This document shows, one piece after another, positions 1 to 9,606 of a stretch of DNA of 64,000 bases. The stretch's first letter is position 1, and every line of letters starts with the position of its first letter. The DNA is from Bythopirellula sp. Its GTDB lineage: Bacteria > Planctomycetota > Planctomycetia > Pirellulales > Lacipirellulaceae. Location of the stretch: positions 1,728,001 to 1,792,000 of the forward strand of contig OZ244170.1 of the NCBI GenBank assembly GCA_965216565.1, given 5' to 3'. Below the pieces are notes generated by a model. That model was not told the DNA's origin. It was given only the letters and a program-made list of their open reading frames with translations, and did not search any database. A program made the position numbers and the translations under genes.

Positions 1-426
1 CGACTCGGCATTGCGGACTTCGGCAGTGGCCCGTTTCACTTCCGCCTTGGCACTTTCCAGCCTGGCTAGAGCCAACTTCTCACTTGCTTTGGCTTGATTC
101 AGTACGGCACGGAAGGGCTCTGGATCGATTTCAAACAGCAGATCGCCCTGCTTAATTGCCATTCCTTCATCAAAATGGATGCTATTGAGAAAGCCTTCGA
201 CGCGTGCGCGGATATCGACCAATTCGTAGGCTTCCGTCGTACCAGTGAATTCGACTGATTCAACGACAGTACGCACCTCGGGATTGGCCACAGTCACCGG
301 CGGGGGTGGCGGTTCTTGATATTCGTTTGGCTGTTGGCAACCAATGACCGCAGCGCAGCAAAGCACCAGTAAGCAGCAATACACGCTCGCGAAATTACGT
401 CGCGTTTGACTGGACCAGCAAACCAT
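1..426 (-). CDS. RND efflux periplasmic adaptor (AcrA/MexA-like membrane fusion lipoprotein), 5' part; runs off the window start
   Basis: Manual translation from ATG at 426: MVCWSSQ...AVIGC (lipobox) QQPNEYQEPPPPPVTVANP...EFTGTTEAYELVDIRARVEGFLNSIHFDEG...KQGDLLFEIDPEPF, a typical MFP lipoyl-like motif. Not in the supplied ORF track. Confidence 0.9.
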   Translation of the reverse strand, partial: MVCWSSQTRRNFASVYCCLLVLCCAAVIGCQQPNEYQEPPPPPVTVANPEVRTVVESVEFTGTTEAYELVDIRARVEGFLNSIHFDEGMAIKQGDLLFEIDPEPFRAVLNQAKASEKLALARLESAKAEVKRATAEVRNAES

Positions 427-596
427 GGAGAACCTCAATCCACTTCTAACTTGGACATTTCCGGTAACATGTCCATAGTAACCAGCTGAGAACCGGGACG
501 CCATTAAGTACAGCTCAGATATAGAGGATATCGAGCTTGGAACGCTGAGACGGTTTCCTGAGTTGCAGAGGTTTGCCGCCACTCTGCTCGCTGGCT

Positions 597-1787
597 TCAG
601 GCAAATACCCGTCGCTGTCGAAAAACTAGTCCTGAAATACTCGCCGTCAGAGCGAACAGCACGGAAGCTGGTTCGGGGACTGAGCTGAGTGCGCTTGGTG
701 TGGTTCCAAACTGTGTCTGCCATGTTAGAAAATCGAACCCATCGACAACCATGTTATTGTCAGCATCGCCGATTGCTTTGGTTGCCGAGAATGTGCCGTA
801 GTTGGTTTCCCAGATTGCTAAGTCGGCTCCATCAACGAATCCATCTTCGTTGAAGTCGGCAGCTGCAAAGTTGGCTGGGGCCAGCGTGTACCCCAAATCA
901 GCCATCATAGCTACGTCCAGGTCGCTCATGAAAATCTGTTCGGGCACCGAAGAGCTTGCTTCCGGGAGCATGAGGTCGCCAACAAATTCGAAGGCATCGC
1001 GATCCAAGTGCGACCCGGTCGATCCCTCTTCATAGACTGCAGGAGCATGAATCTGCACCGGTCCGGCGCCCAACGGATTGGCAGCGACAGCACCGGCACC
1101 GGTAAAGAACAAATTGTCACTCACGAGTGCCGCGCTACGGCCTGAGTTGTTTAGCGAAGTAACGGGCGTTGTTCCTCTTTCCAAGAAAGTATCGAAGATG
1201 CTCGGTATACCATCGAAGTAGGTGCCATCCTGCAAGATGTCGCTGAGAAAACCTAAGCCATGCAGAATCTCGTGAACACTGGTGCTGAATAGGCTCTCTT
1301 TGATTCCGCTGGGCGGATTGAGCATGTCGTAGTCCCAGTCAGTGTTAACATCGAAATCGGCAACGACCACGGCACCAGTGAATTCTTCCGTTTGTGCCAA
1401 ATGATTGGCAAGCGATGCCGGATACCAAATCCCGGCTGTTCCGCCGCTGAACGTTGCTCCATCATCTCCACTCGTGGGTCCCGCCGATGCGATGCCGCCC
1501 GCTAAGGGATCGAATGTCGCTTCGACAATCCATGTTTCCCCAGCAAAGGAGGGATCGAAAAAGCTACCTAAGTGATCGCCTGCCGCTTGCAGGACAATAC
1601 GACGGGCTTCACCAATGGTGGATGCCGAGGGGACGTCGGGATCGCTCAAGGGAGTGGTATCGAAGAAACCTTCTCCCGGACTGTCCAGAAAATTGAAGCT
1701 AACCGGTATTGCGGCGTCAACCGAGCATGCAAAAAACAAGACACCAGCTACAACAACAGCCCCACAGCTTTTACAAAACTTCCTCAC
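597..1787 (-). CDS. PEP-CTERM surface protein with zinc-metallopeptidase-like domain and dockerin-like Ca-binding repeat
   Basis: Signal peptide; HEILHGLGF zincin motif; GSTGSHLD; ADFNEDGFVDGADLAIW / GDADNNMVVDGFDFLTWQ repeats; C-terminal VPEP + TM + RQRR. Likely start GTG 1787 after GAGG (ORF track starts at 1844). Confidence 0.85.
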   Translation of the reverse strand: MRKFCKSCGAVVVAGVLFFACSVDAAIPVSFNFLDSPGEGFFDTTPLSDPDVPSASTIGEARRIVLQAAGDHLGSFFDPSFAGETWIVEATFDPLAGGIASAGPTSGDDGATFSGGTAGIWYPASLANHLAQTEEFTGAVVVADFDVNTDWDYDMLNPPSGIKESLFSTSVHEILHGLGFLSDILQDGTYFDGIPSIFDTFLERGTTPVTSLNNSGRSAALVSDNLFFTGAGAVAANPLGAGPVQIHAPAVYEEGSTGSHLDRDAFEFVGDLMLPEASSSVPEQIFMSDLDVAMMADLGYTLAPANFAAADFNEDGFVDGADLAIWETNYGTFSATKAIGDADNNMVVDGFDFLTWQTQFGTTPSALSSVPEPASVLFALTASISGLVFRQRRVFA

Positions 1788-2004
1788 GCCTGCTACCTCT
1801 TCGGTGTATCCTCTAGAACTGCAACTCATCTGATTATATAGCAAACCTCGTACTGAGCGCGGCAGGGATGAGAAAACTACGGGTGTTACCTATCTCCTAG
1901 AAACGTTCTTGCGATCGCGCCCTCTCCTAAGCAAATAACGAAGACTGGTTCGCATAGCCGCGATTGCTTGTCTGTTCCATTTCAAGGACAGAGATTATCC
2001 ATTG

Positions 2005-3207
2005 CTAGTCGTCGCCCAGTGTAGTCGGTAGAGGTCCGCCGTTTTCAGCAGTTTGCTCGAATTCCGCCAATCGCTCACTTAGCTGCTCCAACTCATGGGG
2101 ACAACGAATGGCTACGTCGTTATGCTCCCAACGATCGTCCGGTTTGGCAAAAAGTTCGGACTGGCCGGCGGGATCGTGACGCAACATCCAGTCTGGAGTC
2201 ACCAGCGCACGCTGTCCGCTTTCGCCAGCCGCAACAGCCACTTCGCGCGGCAACGTTGGTTCGACTTCCAAAGCAGGCAATACGGATTGGCCATCTCTTA
2301 CCGACGGCGCTTCGATCCCTAACCAATCCAACCATGTCGCGTGAATATCCGCCGGCTGTGCAAGTCCTCCAATTCTGGGACGAGGCTCCTGGTCGTCACA
2401 CACATGCATCAGCCAAGGTAAATGCAACTGCTCGCTATACAACTGCCGCTGATCGTGGCCGACGTGCCCATGTTCTCCTAGCGAAAACCCGCTGGCACTC
2501 GTAAGCATCATAAGTGCTTCGCGATCGCTCATGGATTCTTCAATGGAATTCCACAACGCACCAAAGCATGAATCAATAACTGTCATTTGAGCCGCATAGG
2601 CGGTGCGGAACAGTAGGAGTCGATCTGGATCATCGATCGCCTTGGTCTCCAGCGGAGGTTCTACGAAATCCAACGCCTCGGGATCGTCTTCATCAAGCAA
2701 TTCCGCTCGCAACTCATGAGGCGCATCCCAAGCACCGAGCAGACCGCGACTGTGAATCCACGTAACACTGCCGGCACCATCGTCATGCCAGTTTTCTAAT
2801 TGCTCGATTGCCTTGCCACAGAACCCTGCAAAGGCGGTCTCCACAATGTCTTCCGCCGCCGCGGCTTGGGGAGAATCTACCACTAGGAGCGCGTCGGCTG
2901 GAAATTGGTCGCTAAGACTCGGATCGTCGGTAATCAACCGCATTGGCGTGTCGTGATTTTGTAGCAAGTTGCGCAGCGACGGTTGATTTTCACAAAAGCT
3001 GTCCGTTCTCAGTGCGTGTGTGCCATGCCAGGCAGAGCGATAGAAGTTCTTGGCAATTGGCGAATCGGCCCATAGCCGCTCGACGACAGACGAGCGACTC
3101 GCGAATTCGTCGAAACTAGGTGTGCGGCTGCTGGTGTTTCCATAACATCCCAGTGCGCTCGCCCTCAGGCCGTCGATCACCACACAGATTGCATGCCTGC
3201 CATTCAT
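2005..3207 (-). CDS. Sulfatase-like (alkaline phosphatase superfamily) protein, degenerate active site
   Basis: VVIDGLRASALGCYG...TPSFD N-terminus, YAAQMTVID, LGEHG, LYSEQLHLPW; no C/S-x-P-x-R motif. Confidence 0.8.
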   Translation of the reverse strand: MNGRHAICVVIDGLRASALGCYGNTSSRTPSFDEFASRSSVVERLWADSPIAKNFYRSAWHGTHALRTDSFCENQPSLRNLLQNHDTPMRLITDDPSLSDQFPADALLVVDSPQAAAAEDIVETAFAGFCGKAIEQLENWHDDGAGSVTWIHSRGLLGAWDAPHELRAELLDEDDPEALDFVEPPLETKAIDDPDRLLLFRTAYAAQMTVIDSCFGALWNSIEESMSDREALMMLTSASGFSLGEHGHVGHDQRQLYSEQLHLPWLMHVCDDQEPRPRIGGLAQPADIHATWLDWLGIEAPSVRDGQSVLPALEVEPTLPREVAVAAGESGQRALVTPDWMLRHDPAGQSELFAKPDDRWEHNDVAIRCPHELEQLSERLAEFEQTAENGGPLPTTLGDD

Positions 3208-3345
3208 GCCAAGAGTATACGGAGGCTACAACTGGCAGGGCAGGGGGCTGATGAAACATCCGCTGCCAAAGATAACCTGGTAGCGCGGTTGCGATTTTCT
3301 GAAAACTGCGAACCAGACGGCAGGCGGCAGTTGGGGCCGTAGCTT

Positions 3346-4143
3346 TCAGGCGGGATGCCTACGCGGACGGGCAGCAAACTCTTGCCACACAAGCTTGGGA
3401 AAGATCCAGGCGTCGCGAAGATAACGGCGACCCAGGCGAGTTGGTTCACTCGCCAACCGGTGCAGCCATTCCAGACCCACTTGCTGCATCCAGCGTGGTG
3501 AACGGCTCTTTTCTCCCGCCAGAAAATCGATTGTGGCGCCAATGCAAAGCGCTGCTGGTGCTTGCAGTTGATCGGCGTGACGGCTAATCCACAATTCTTG
3601 CTTAGGCGCCCCCAGTCCGATCAAGACTACGTCGGGGCGAGCCTCAGCAACCGCATCGAGTATCTTTTGATTTTCGCAATCGTCTTTTTCAAAACCCAGA
3701 GGAGGTGACAGTGTACCGACGACCTCAATATTCGACCAACGCTGATTAATTTGCTCCGCGGCGCGATTGCCGACGCCTGGAGCTGCACCTAGCAAAAAGA
3801 CTTTCAACGGGCGACTACCGCTCTCAGATTCCGCCCGGTCAAACAAGGCGGGAACCAAATCGCTTCCCGCGACACGTTCAGGGAGCGCCCGGCGAAGCAA
3901 CTTCGAGGCCAACACCACCGGGGCTCCGTCCGCCAGCACAAGACCCGCCCCGTGATAGGCGGCACGTAGTTCTTCGCTTTCTTGGTACATTACCACATGG
4001 TCGACATTCGGCGTCACCACATATCGGCACGAAGTGTTCGCTTTTTCCTGTGCCCAACTCCAAACAGTATCAACCGCCACAGGCATGGTGACGTCGTCAA
4101 TCGACATACCGAATAGCTGAATTTTGGTGCTTTGTTGATTCAT
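3346..4143 (-). CDS. WecB/TagA/CpsF (GT26) glycosyltransferase
   Basis: VVTPNVDH, ADGAPVV, ERVAGSDL, GLGAPKQE, GATIDF, GLEWLHRL...RRY; ATG 4143 after AAGGA. Confidence 0.93.
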   Translation of the reverse strand: MNQQSTKIQLFGMSIDDVTMPVAVDTVWSWAQEKANTSCRYVVTPNVDHVVMYQESEELRAAYHGAGLVLADGAPVVLASKLLRRALPERVAGSDLVPALFDRAESESGSRPLKVFLLGAAPGVGNRAAEQINQRWSNIEVVGTLSPPLGFEKDDCENQKILDAVAEARPDVVLIGLGAPKQELWISRHADQLQAPAALCIGATIDFLAGEKSRSPRWMQQVGLEWLHRLASEPTRLGRRYLRDAWIFPKLVWQEFAARPRRHPA

Positions 4144-4175
4144 TTCTATTCCTTGATTTGCGGCAGTGGCGTTTT

Positions 4176-5624
4176 TCACCCACCCGCAAGTCTCTGGTTT
4201 CCAATTGCTTGGGTTCCTACTCGCAGGGCAGTGCCGCCAATCTGGGGTTCCCTGTTAGTTGCAGCGACCGTACTCCGCAGCGGGCCATACCAGCCAACTG
4301 CGGACCCCGCAACGAAAAACAACAACCACTGCTCGTTGGGTAGTAGCGACAGATCGTGAAACACGCCGTTCGTGACATAAACGATTAAGATTGCCAAAGA
4401 CAATAGACCATGTGCTCGCAGCCACTCGGGACAATTCGCATCGCGGAACATCTGCCAAGCCGTGCGGCCCCAGGCCACTAGCAAGGCAACAAACAGACTC
4501 AAGCCGATTAAGCCCGTTTCCGTAAGGATGCTCAAGAAAGTATTGTGATGATCGAGGTGACGAATCGATTCGAGCTCGAGCTGCTGGCTACGGTCGGCCA
4601 GATAGGGCAACTTCTTATCGAAGAATCGTTGGAAGCCACAACCCACCAGCGGATCGTCTGCAAACATCCGCATCGACACAACTAAGAAGGTTTGCCGTTG
4701 GTAGACCGAGTGACTAGCCGAGCCGTTGGAATCCTGGCGGTTCATATTAATGAGCTTGTCGCCCATCATCACGACACCCAAGAGTCCAGCAATTGCGACC
4801 CCGCCAAACAGCACAGGTCGCCACGACCGAGGGAAATGCAAGAAGGGAACCAAGGCTAGCGTCAGTGCGAGTGCCAGCCAACTCGACCGGGTGTAAGTAA
4901 ACAGCAGCGCCAAGCCCATCAACCCCATCGCCGCGACAAGTGCCAGACGCGTTGGACGGTTGACGCGTGACCAGAGAAACCAGCACGCCCAAAAACATAC
5001 CGAGAGAAAAATTCCTAAACTCACCGAGTTGAGAGCTGGGCCGCGAGCACGTCCGAAGTGAGCTCCGAGCTCAGGGTCAGCAATAAAGCGGGGGAAAACG
5101 GCCCACCACTGTGCAGTGACCTCGCCAATGCCGGTGACTGCCAGAAACACTCCCATCCCACCCAGGGCAAACAAGAGAGTCTTCCAAGGCCTTTCGCCAA
5201 ACTCGACCGTGCGCGTAACTAAATAAAGGGCCAACGGTACCCAGAAGCATTCGATCAATCGCCAGAGGGGCGACACACTTTGCGGAACGTTCTCTGGGTA
5301 CGAAGTTGTCACAAATCGAAGTGTGACATAACCCACGAACAGAACGGCCAGCCAATCGGCTCCTACCAAGGGACGAAATTTAATCAGCCCTTGTCGCCAA
5401 CGCCAAAGCATCACCATCACCAGACCGGCGATAAATACGCGACCGGCGGTTAGAGTGATCGGTCCCAATTCGAGTCGCCAAAAGTTATGCGAAAGCACAT
5501 AACCGACCAGCAATGTGGCGGTGCAACCCACCAATAGCGAACCTCGCCACGCGTAGACAAACCCCCAGACGGCTGCAGCAAGCACCAAGATTGCTAAGAT
5601 GACTTCCAAGGGGCCCGCTTCCAA
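4176..5624 (-). CDS. O-antigen ligase/Wzy-type polysaccharide polymerase
   Basis: Multi-TM protein; RARGPALNS, TYTRSSW, PLVGCG, HNTFLSILTETGLIG (Wzy_C-like). Confidence 0.85.
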   Translation of the reverse strand: MEAGPLEVILAILVLAAAVWGFVYAWRGSLLVGCTATLLVGYVLSHNFWRLELGPITLTAGRVFIAGLVMVMLWRWRQGLIKFRPLVGADWLAVLFVGYVTLRFVTTSYPENVPQSVSPLWRLIECFWVPLALYLVTRTVEFGERPWKTLLFALGGMGVFLAVTGIGEVTAQWWAVFPRFIADPELGAHFGRARGPALNSVSLGIFLSVCFWACWFLWSRVNRPTRLALVAAMGLMGLALLFTYTRSSWLALALTLALVPFLHFPRSWRPVLFGGVAIAGLLGVVMMGDKLINMNRQDSNGSASHSVYQRQTFLVVSMRMFADDPLVGCGFQRFFDKKLPYLADRSQQLELESIRHLDHHNTFLSILTETGLIGLSLFVALLVAWGRTAWQMFRDANCPEWLRAHGLLSLAILIVYVTNGVFHDLSLLPNEQWLLFFVAGSAVGWYGPLRSTVAATNREPQIGGTALRVGTQAIGNQRLAGG

Positions 5625-5672
5625 TATCGAGAGTGAGTTGTCCTATCAAGAGCAACGGCCTGCAACATCACG

Positions 5673-7208
5673 CTAGGTGGCAGACTTGCCATTGCCATTG
5701 GAATGGATCGATTCATAAGGTGTATACGTCACTCCCGAGGGGAAGTCGAACTGATCCGAATCACTCTTCGCTGTAGATCTCGTCTGGTTGGTTGCCGTTG
5801 GGACTGGTGCGGTTTGCAACGATTCGGAGACCTGTGCAGCTTCCGTCCCATTAGGTGAGGACGACTCAATGGGTGTGACGGTCAGAAAGGTCCAGCCTAG
5901 GCCAAGGATCAGCCCAGAAACCGCTCCCAGGAAAACAACACTCACGCGGCGTGGTCCGACCGGGTTCGTGCCGGCGTCCGGGGTATCGAGCGTCGAGACT
6001 AGCTTGGCACTAAGTGCCGCCGCCTGTTGTGCCCGGGCTTCGGTTAGTTGCTCGCGGGCCTGGTCTAGTACCTTGCGGCTATTCTCGACGGCTGCCACAT
6101 GATTGGAGTATTCGGCACGTCGCTCGGCCAACTTCGCCAAACGTTTGCTCAGTAGTCGTTGCTTGTCCTTCAGGTCGACAAATCGTTGTCTTCCCAAGCC
6201 AAGTTCAACCTCAACACCCTGAATGGCTACTGCCAGTTCCTTGTGTAAATCTTTGCGAATGTGTTCGACCGCTTCGCCCGCTGCAATCACCTGCGGATGC
6301 TGCTCGGTGCGGGTTCCTCCAACACGGGCAGCACGCAGTTGAGCGTCGAGCAGTCCATCCTTCATGCTCCGCAATGTCGGCTGAGAGATGAGCAGGCTAT
6401 TGGGCATGGCCACTAGCTGTTGGGGATCTTTCTGCGAAGACTTCAGAACCACCAGAAGTTGCTCCGCATCGCGAACCTTGGCGGCAATTTCGCGGCTTTC
6501 GCTTTCGAGTTGCACGGCCTGCTGACGCAAGTCGCTTTGGCCACTGGTAGCGGAGTTAAGCATTCTTAACTCGGCCAAGTCGGCACCCACCTGGGCTTCC
6601 AATCCTGCCAATCGAGCTGTGTCATTGGACTGCGCCTCTCGGGCGAGATCAACCTGCTGCTGCAACTCTGTTATGAGGCTCTGAGCACGCTCGTTGCGTA
6701 GCTGACGTAGGCGAACGTCGAGCTGATGGCTCAACTCACCGACAAGTTGAACGGCTCGTTCTCGATTCTTGTCTTTCACACCAAGATAGAAAACCTCGGT
6801 CTTGCCAAACTCGGCACCGCCGGGTGGCAGCATGCTGAGACGTTTGCGGAGCGATTCGATTTGCTCATCTGTCACTGGTTTGTTGGCTGCCTTGCCTTGG
6901 GCAACGCTTTTCAAAGTTTCGCTAATCACTTGACGACTCTTCACGAGTTCCAGAATCGTTTCCTGGAAAGTACGCATCTGGTAGAGGTCGGCAAATTGGC
7001 CCAGCCGTCCAGACTCGGAAGTAGTTGCTTCCTGCCGAACCACCAACGCCTGATTGGCTTCCCAGTAGCGAGTCATAACCAAGGCATAGGCCGTGGCCAG
7101 GATGGCACAAACAATGGTAGGAATCATCCAGCGGTGCCGATGCTCGGCTAAGAGGTTGATGCACTCTTTGGGAGTCAATCCGGCATTCGCATTATCAGTT
7201 GAAAGCAT
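5673..7208 (-). CDS. Wzz/GumC-type polysaccharide co-polymerase (chain-length determinant), no kinase domain
   Basis: N-terminal TM, long coiled coil, HPQV motif, PVGPRR before a C-terminal TM; ATG 7208 after GAAGGA. Confidence 0.85.
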   Translation of the reverse strand: MLSTDNANAGLTPKECINLLAEHRHRWMIPTIVCAILATAYALVMTRYWEANQALVVRQEATTSESGRLGQFADLYQMRTFQETILELVKSRQVISETLKSVAQGKAANKPVTDEQIESLRKRLSMLPPGGAEFGKTEVFYLGVKDKNRERAVQLVGELSHQLDVRLRQLRNERAQSLITELQQQVDLAREAQSNDTARLAGLEAQVGADLAELRMLNSATSGQSDLRQQAVQLESESREIAAKVRDAEQLLVVLKSSQKDPQQLVAMPNSLLISQPTLRSMKDGLLDAQLRAARVGGTRTEQHPQVIAAGEAVEHIRKDLHKELAVAIQGVEVELGLGRQRFVDLKDKQRLLSKRLAKLAERRAEYSNHVAAVENSRKVLDQAREQLTEARAQQAAALSAKLVSTLDTPDAGTNPVGPRRVSVVFLGAVSGLILGLGWTFLTVTPIESSSPNGTEAAQVSESLQTAPVPTATNQTRSTAKSDSDQFDFPSGVTYTPYESIHSNGNGKSAT

Positions 7209-7277
7209 GGTGGTTCCTTCTCGCGGGTCGGAATCTGGCTGGAGGGTCTGGGTGGGACCTTGTTTGGCGGATGAAGT

Positions 7278-7293
7278 CGCAATTCCCGCGCCT
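7278..7293 (-). promoter_or_regulatory. Candidate sigma54 -24/-12 promoter of the wzz-wzy-wecB operon
   Basis: Minus strand AGGCGCGGGAATTGCG = GG-N10-GC with TTGC, 70 nt upstream of ATG 7208. Confidence 0.35.
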
Positions 7294-7543
7294 GGGGCCA
7301 ATCGGCTTGGCCAGACGGTCCCGGAAAAGCCCCCAATCTGCAGTTTTCCAGCGTTTTCGTGCTACTTTTCCCGGTGATTGGCACCGCAGCTCCAGATGTA
7401 ACGGTCGTTGTGGAAAAACAACATGATGCGGCGAGTAAACACTTTTCATCCTCTCTTAGCAGGTCGCGAGGGCCTGCCGCTGACCTATTCTTTAGGGTCC
7501 GCTGCGCTATTGCCGCACTTAGAAAACAAGAAAAGTAGAACGC

Positions 7544-8707
7544 ATGTATATCCAAACAATCACCGACCTGGAAAATCTCGAAGTCACCAGCGAGCGTTGG
7601 GACACTCTCGCGGGTAGCTGTGTGTTCCGCAGCTGGACCTGGCTCAGCACTTGGTGGAAACACTACGGAGCTGATGCTTCGCGGAAACTGCACATCATCC
7701 AAGTATGGGAGGGCGAACCTCGTCCGCAGTGCGCCTCGCCCGCCACCGAGCCAGCTACTGAGACGGACCACAGCAAGCTTGCGGCGATTTTGCCTTGCTA
7801 TCTCGAGACAACCGTCTCACGTGGCAAAGTGCTCAAGCTATTGGGCGACGGAGAAGTTTGCAGCGATCACCTCGATCTGCTGGTAACAGCCACCAATGCT
7901 AAGCGGTGTGGCGGAGCAATAGCCGATCACCTCTGTGGTAGCGGAGCAGACTGGGACTTGATCGATTTCCCCACGCTCGATGTTGCCTGCGAGCAAACGA
8001 AAATTACGGCATTGATCCAAGCCCTACAGCAGGCCGGCTGCCACACCACTCAAACCGCCGACCTCAACACTTGGTCGATCGATCTACCCGAGACCTGGGA
8101 AGACTTTCTGGCCCTGCAATCCAAATCGCACCGCAAACAACTGCGTCGCCTGCAAAAGCGAGTGCTGGACACCGGCGACTGCCACTGGCATCAGGTAAAA
8201 CTTCTGGAGGACTTTGATGCCGCTTGGGAAATTCTCATCGACCTGCACCAGAAACGTCGTATCAGCCTGGGAGAGCCCGGTTGCTTTGCCTCAGAGGGTT
8301 GGAGCGAGTTTCATCGCGATGTCGCTCGGAAGTTGCTGGCTGAGGGTCGACTGCGACTAAGTTGGCTAGAGTTGGCCGGCGAGCCGATAGCCGCGGAATA
8401 CCATTTTGCCGGCGGTCGCACTAGCTTTGTTTATCAAGGCGGACTCGATCCTGAAAGGCTCGACGAAGAACCCGGTAGGCTCTCGCTGATTCGCTGCATT
8501 CAGCACGCCATCGAGGAAGGACACCGCAAGTTTGACCTCCTGCGTGGCGACGAACCCTACAAGCCCCATTGGCGTGCCGTCGCGCGCGAAACTGCCCACG
8601 TCCAAGTAGTTCCCAACCGTCAAAGTGCCAAATTGAGGTACCACACTTGGTCGTCGGTGCGTGGCGCTGCTCGTTGGGTCCGACAAGTCGCTCATTTGTT
8701 TAGTTAA
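7544..8707 (+). CDS. GNAT acetyltransferase, CelD/BcsL-like (Acetyltransf_6)
   Basis: VFRSWTWLSTWW, SDHLDLL, LPETWEDFL, YQGGLDP...EPG, FDLLRGDEPYK. Confidence 0.88.
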   Translation: MYIQTITDLENLEVTSERWDTLAGSCVFRSWTWLSTWWKHYGADASRKLHIIQVWEGEPRPQCASPATEPATETDHSKLAAILPCYLETTVSRGKVLKLLGDGEVCSDHLDLLVTATNAKRCGGAIADHLCGSGADWDLIDFPTLDVACEQTKITALIQALQQAGCHTTQTADLNTWSIDLPETWEDFLALQSKSHRKQLRRLQKRVLDTGDCHWHQVKLLEDFDAAWEILIDLHQKRRISLGEPGCFASEGWSEFHRDVARKLLAEGRLRLSWLELAGEPIAAEYHFAGGRTSFVYQGGLDPERLDEEPGRLSLIRCIQHAIEEGHRKFDLLRGDEPYKPHWRAVARETAHVQVVPNRQSAKLRYHTWSSVRGAARWVRQVAHLFS

Positions 8708-8725
8708 ACTATCCAGAGAATTTCT

Positions 8726-9580
8726 ATGCTACCCGATTCCTTAAAGAGTCCCTTGCTCAATCTCTATTACGTGGCATCGCTTCCTCAACGAAGGCAGACT
8801 GCCGAACGCATGGAGCAGGAGTGCTCGGCACCTGTGATGACACTGTTCTATCACCGCGTGGCCGACGAACACCCCAACGGCTGGACGATCTCCAACGATC
8901 GATTCCAAGAACAGATTAATTGGATCAGGGAGCGATATGCTATCGTCAGTCTCTCCGATGCCCAACAACGCATTGGCACGGAGCACAACCTGGAGCCTGT
9001 GGTGTGCCTCACATTCGACGATGGTTATGCCGACAACTGCGAAATCGCCCTGCCGTGGTTGGTGGAGGAGCAGATTCCTTTCACTTACTTCGTAACCACA
9101 AACCACATCGCCTCGGGAGAGCCGTTCGCGCACGACTTGCAGGCCGACACACCTCTAAAGCCAAATTCAATTGAGCAAATCCAAGAGCTATCCGCCGCGG
9201 GCGTTGAAATTGGCGCTCATACCCGTTCGCATGCCGACCTGGGACAAATTGAGAATGAACAGGAGTTGTATGAGGAGATCGTTGGCTCGAAACGCGACTT
9301 AGAAGCGATGATCGATCGTCCGGTGAACTACTTTGCCTTTCCCTTCGGTTTGCCTCAAAACATGAGCACCGCTGGGATGCGAATTGCCTATCAGGCGGGC
9401 TTCTGGGGTGTCTGCTCGGCCTACGGCGGATACAACCTGCCAGGCGATGACAATTTTCACATTCAACGAATTCACGGCGACCCTGAGTGGAGCCGTTTCC
9501 GGAATTGGTTGACCCTCGATCCTCGCAAGCTTCGCCAATCGGCTCGATTCGATCTCGGTGACTATCGCGATCAATTCTAG
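8726..9580 (+). CDS. Polysaccharide deacetylase (CE4/NodB)
   Basis: LFYHRV, LTFDDGY, IGAHTRSH, FAFPFG. Confidence 0.93.
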   Translation: MLPDSLKSPLLNLYYVASLPQRRQTAERMEQECSAPVMTLFYHRVADEHPNGWTISNDRFQEQINWIRERYAIVSLSDAQQRIGTEHNLEPVVCLTFDDGYADNCEIALPWLVEEQIPFTYFVTTNHIASGEPFAHDLQADTPLKPNSIEQIQELSAAGVEIGAHTRSHADLGQIENEQELYEEIVGSKRDLEAMIDRPVNYFAFPFGLPQNMSTAGMRIAYQAGFWGVCSAYGGYNLPGDDNFHIQRIHGDPEWSRFRNWLTLDPRKLRQSARFDLGDYRDQF

Positions 9581-9606
9581 CAGTACTTATTAAGAGCATT
9601 TCCCCC

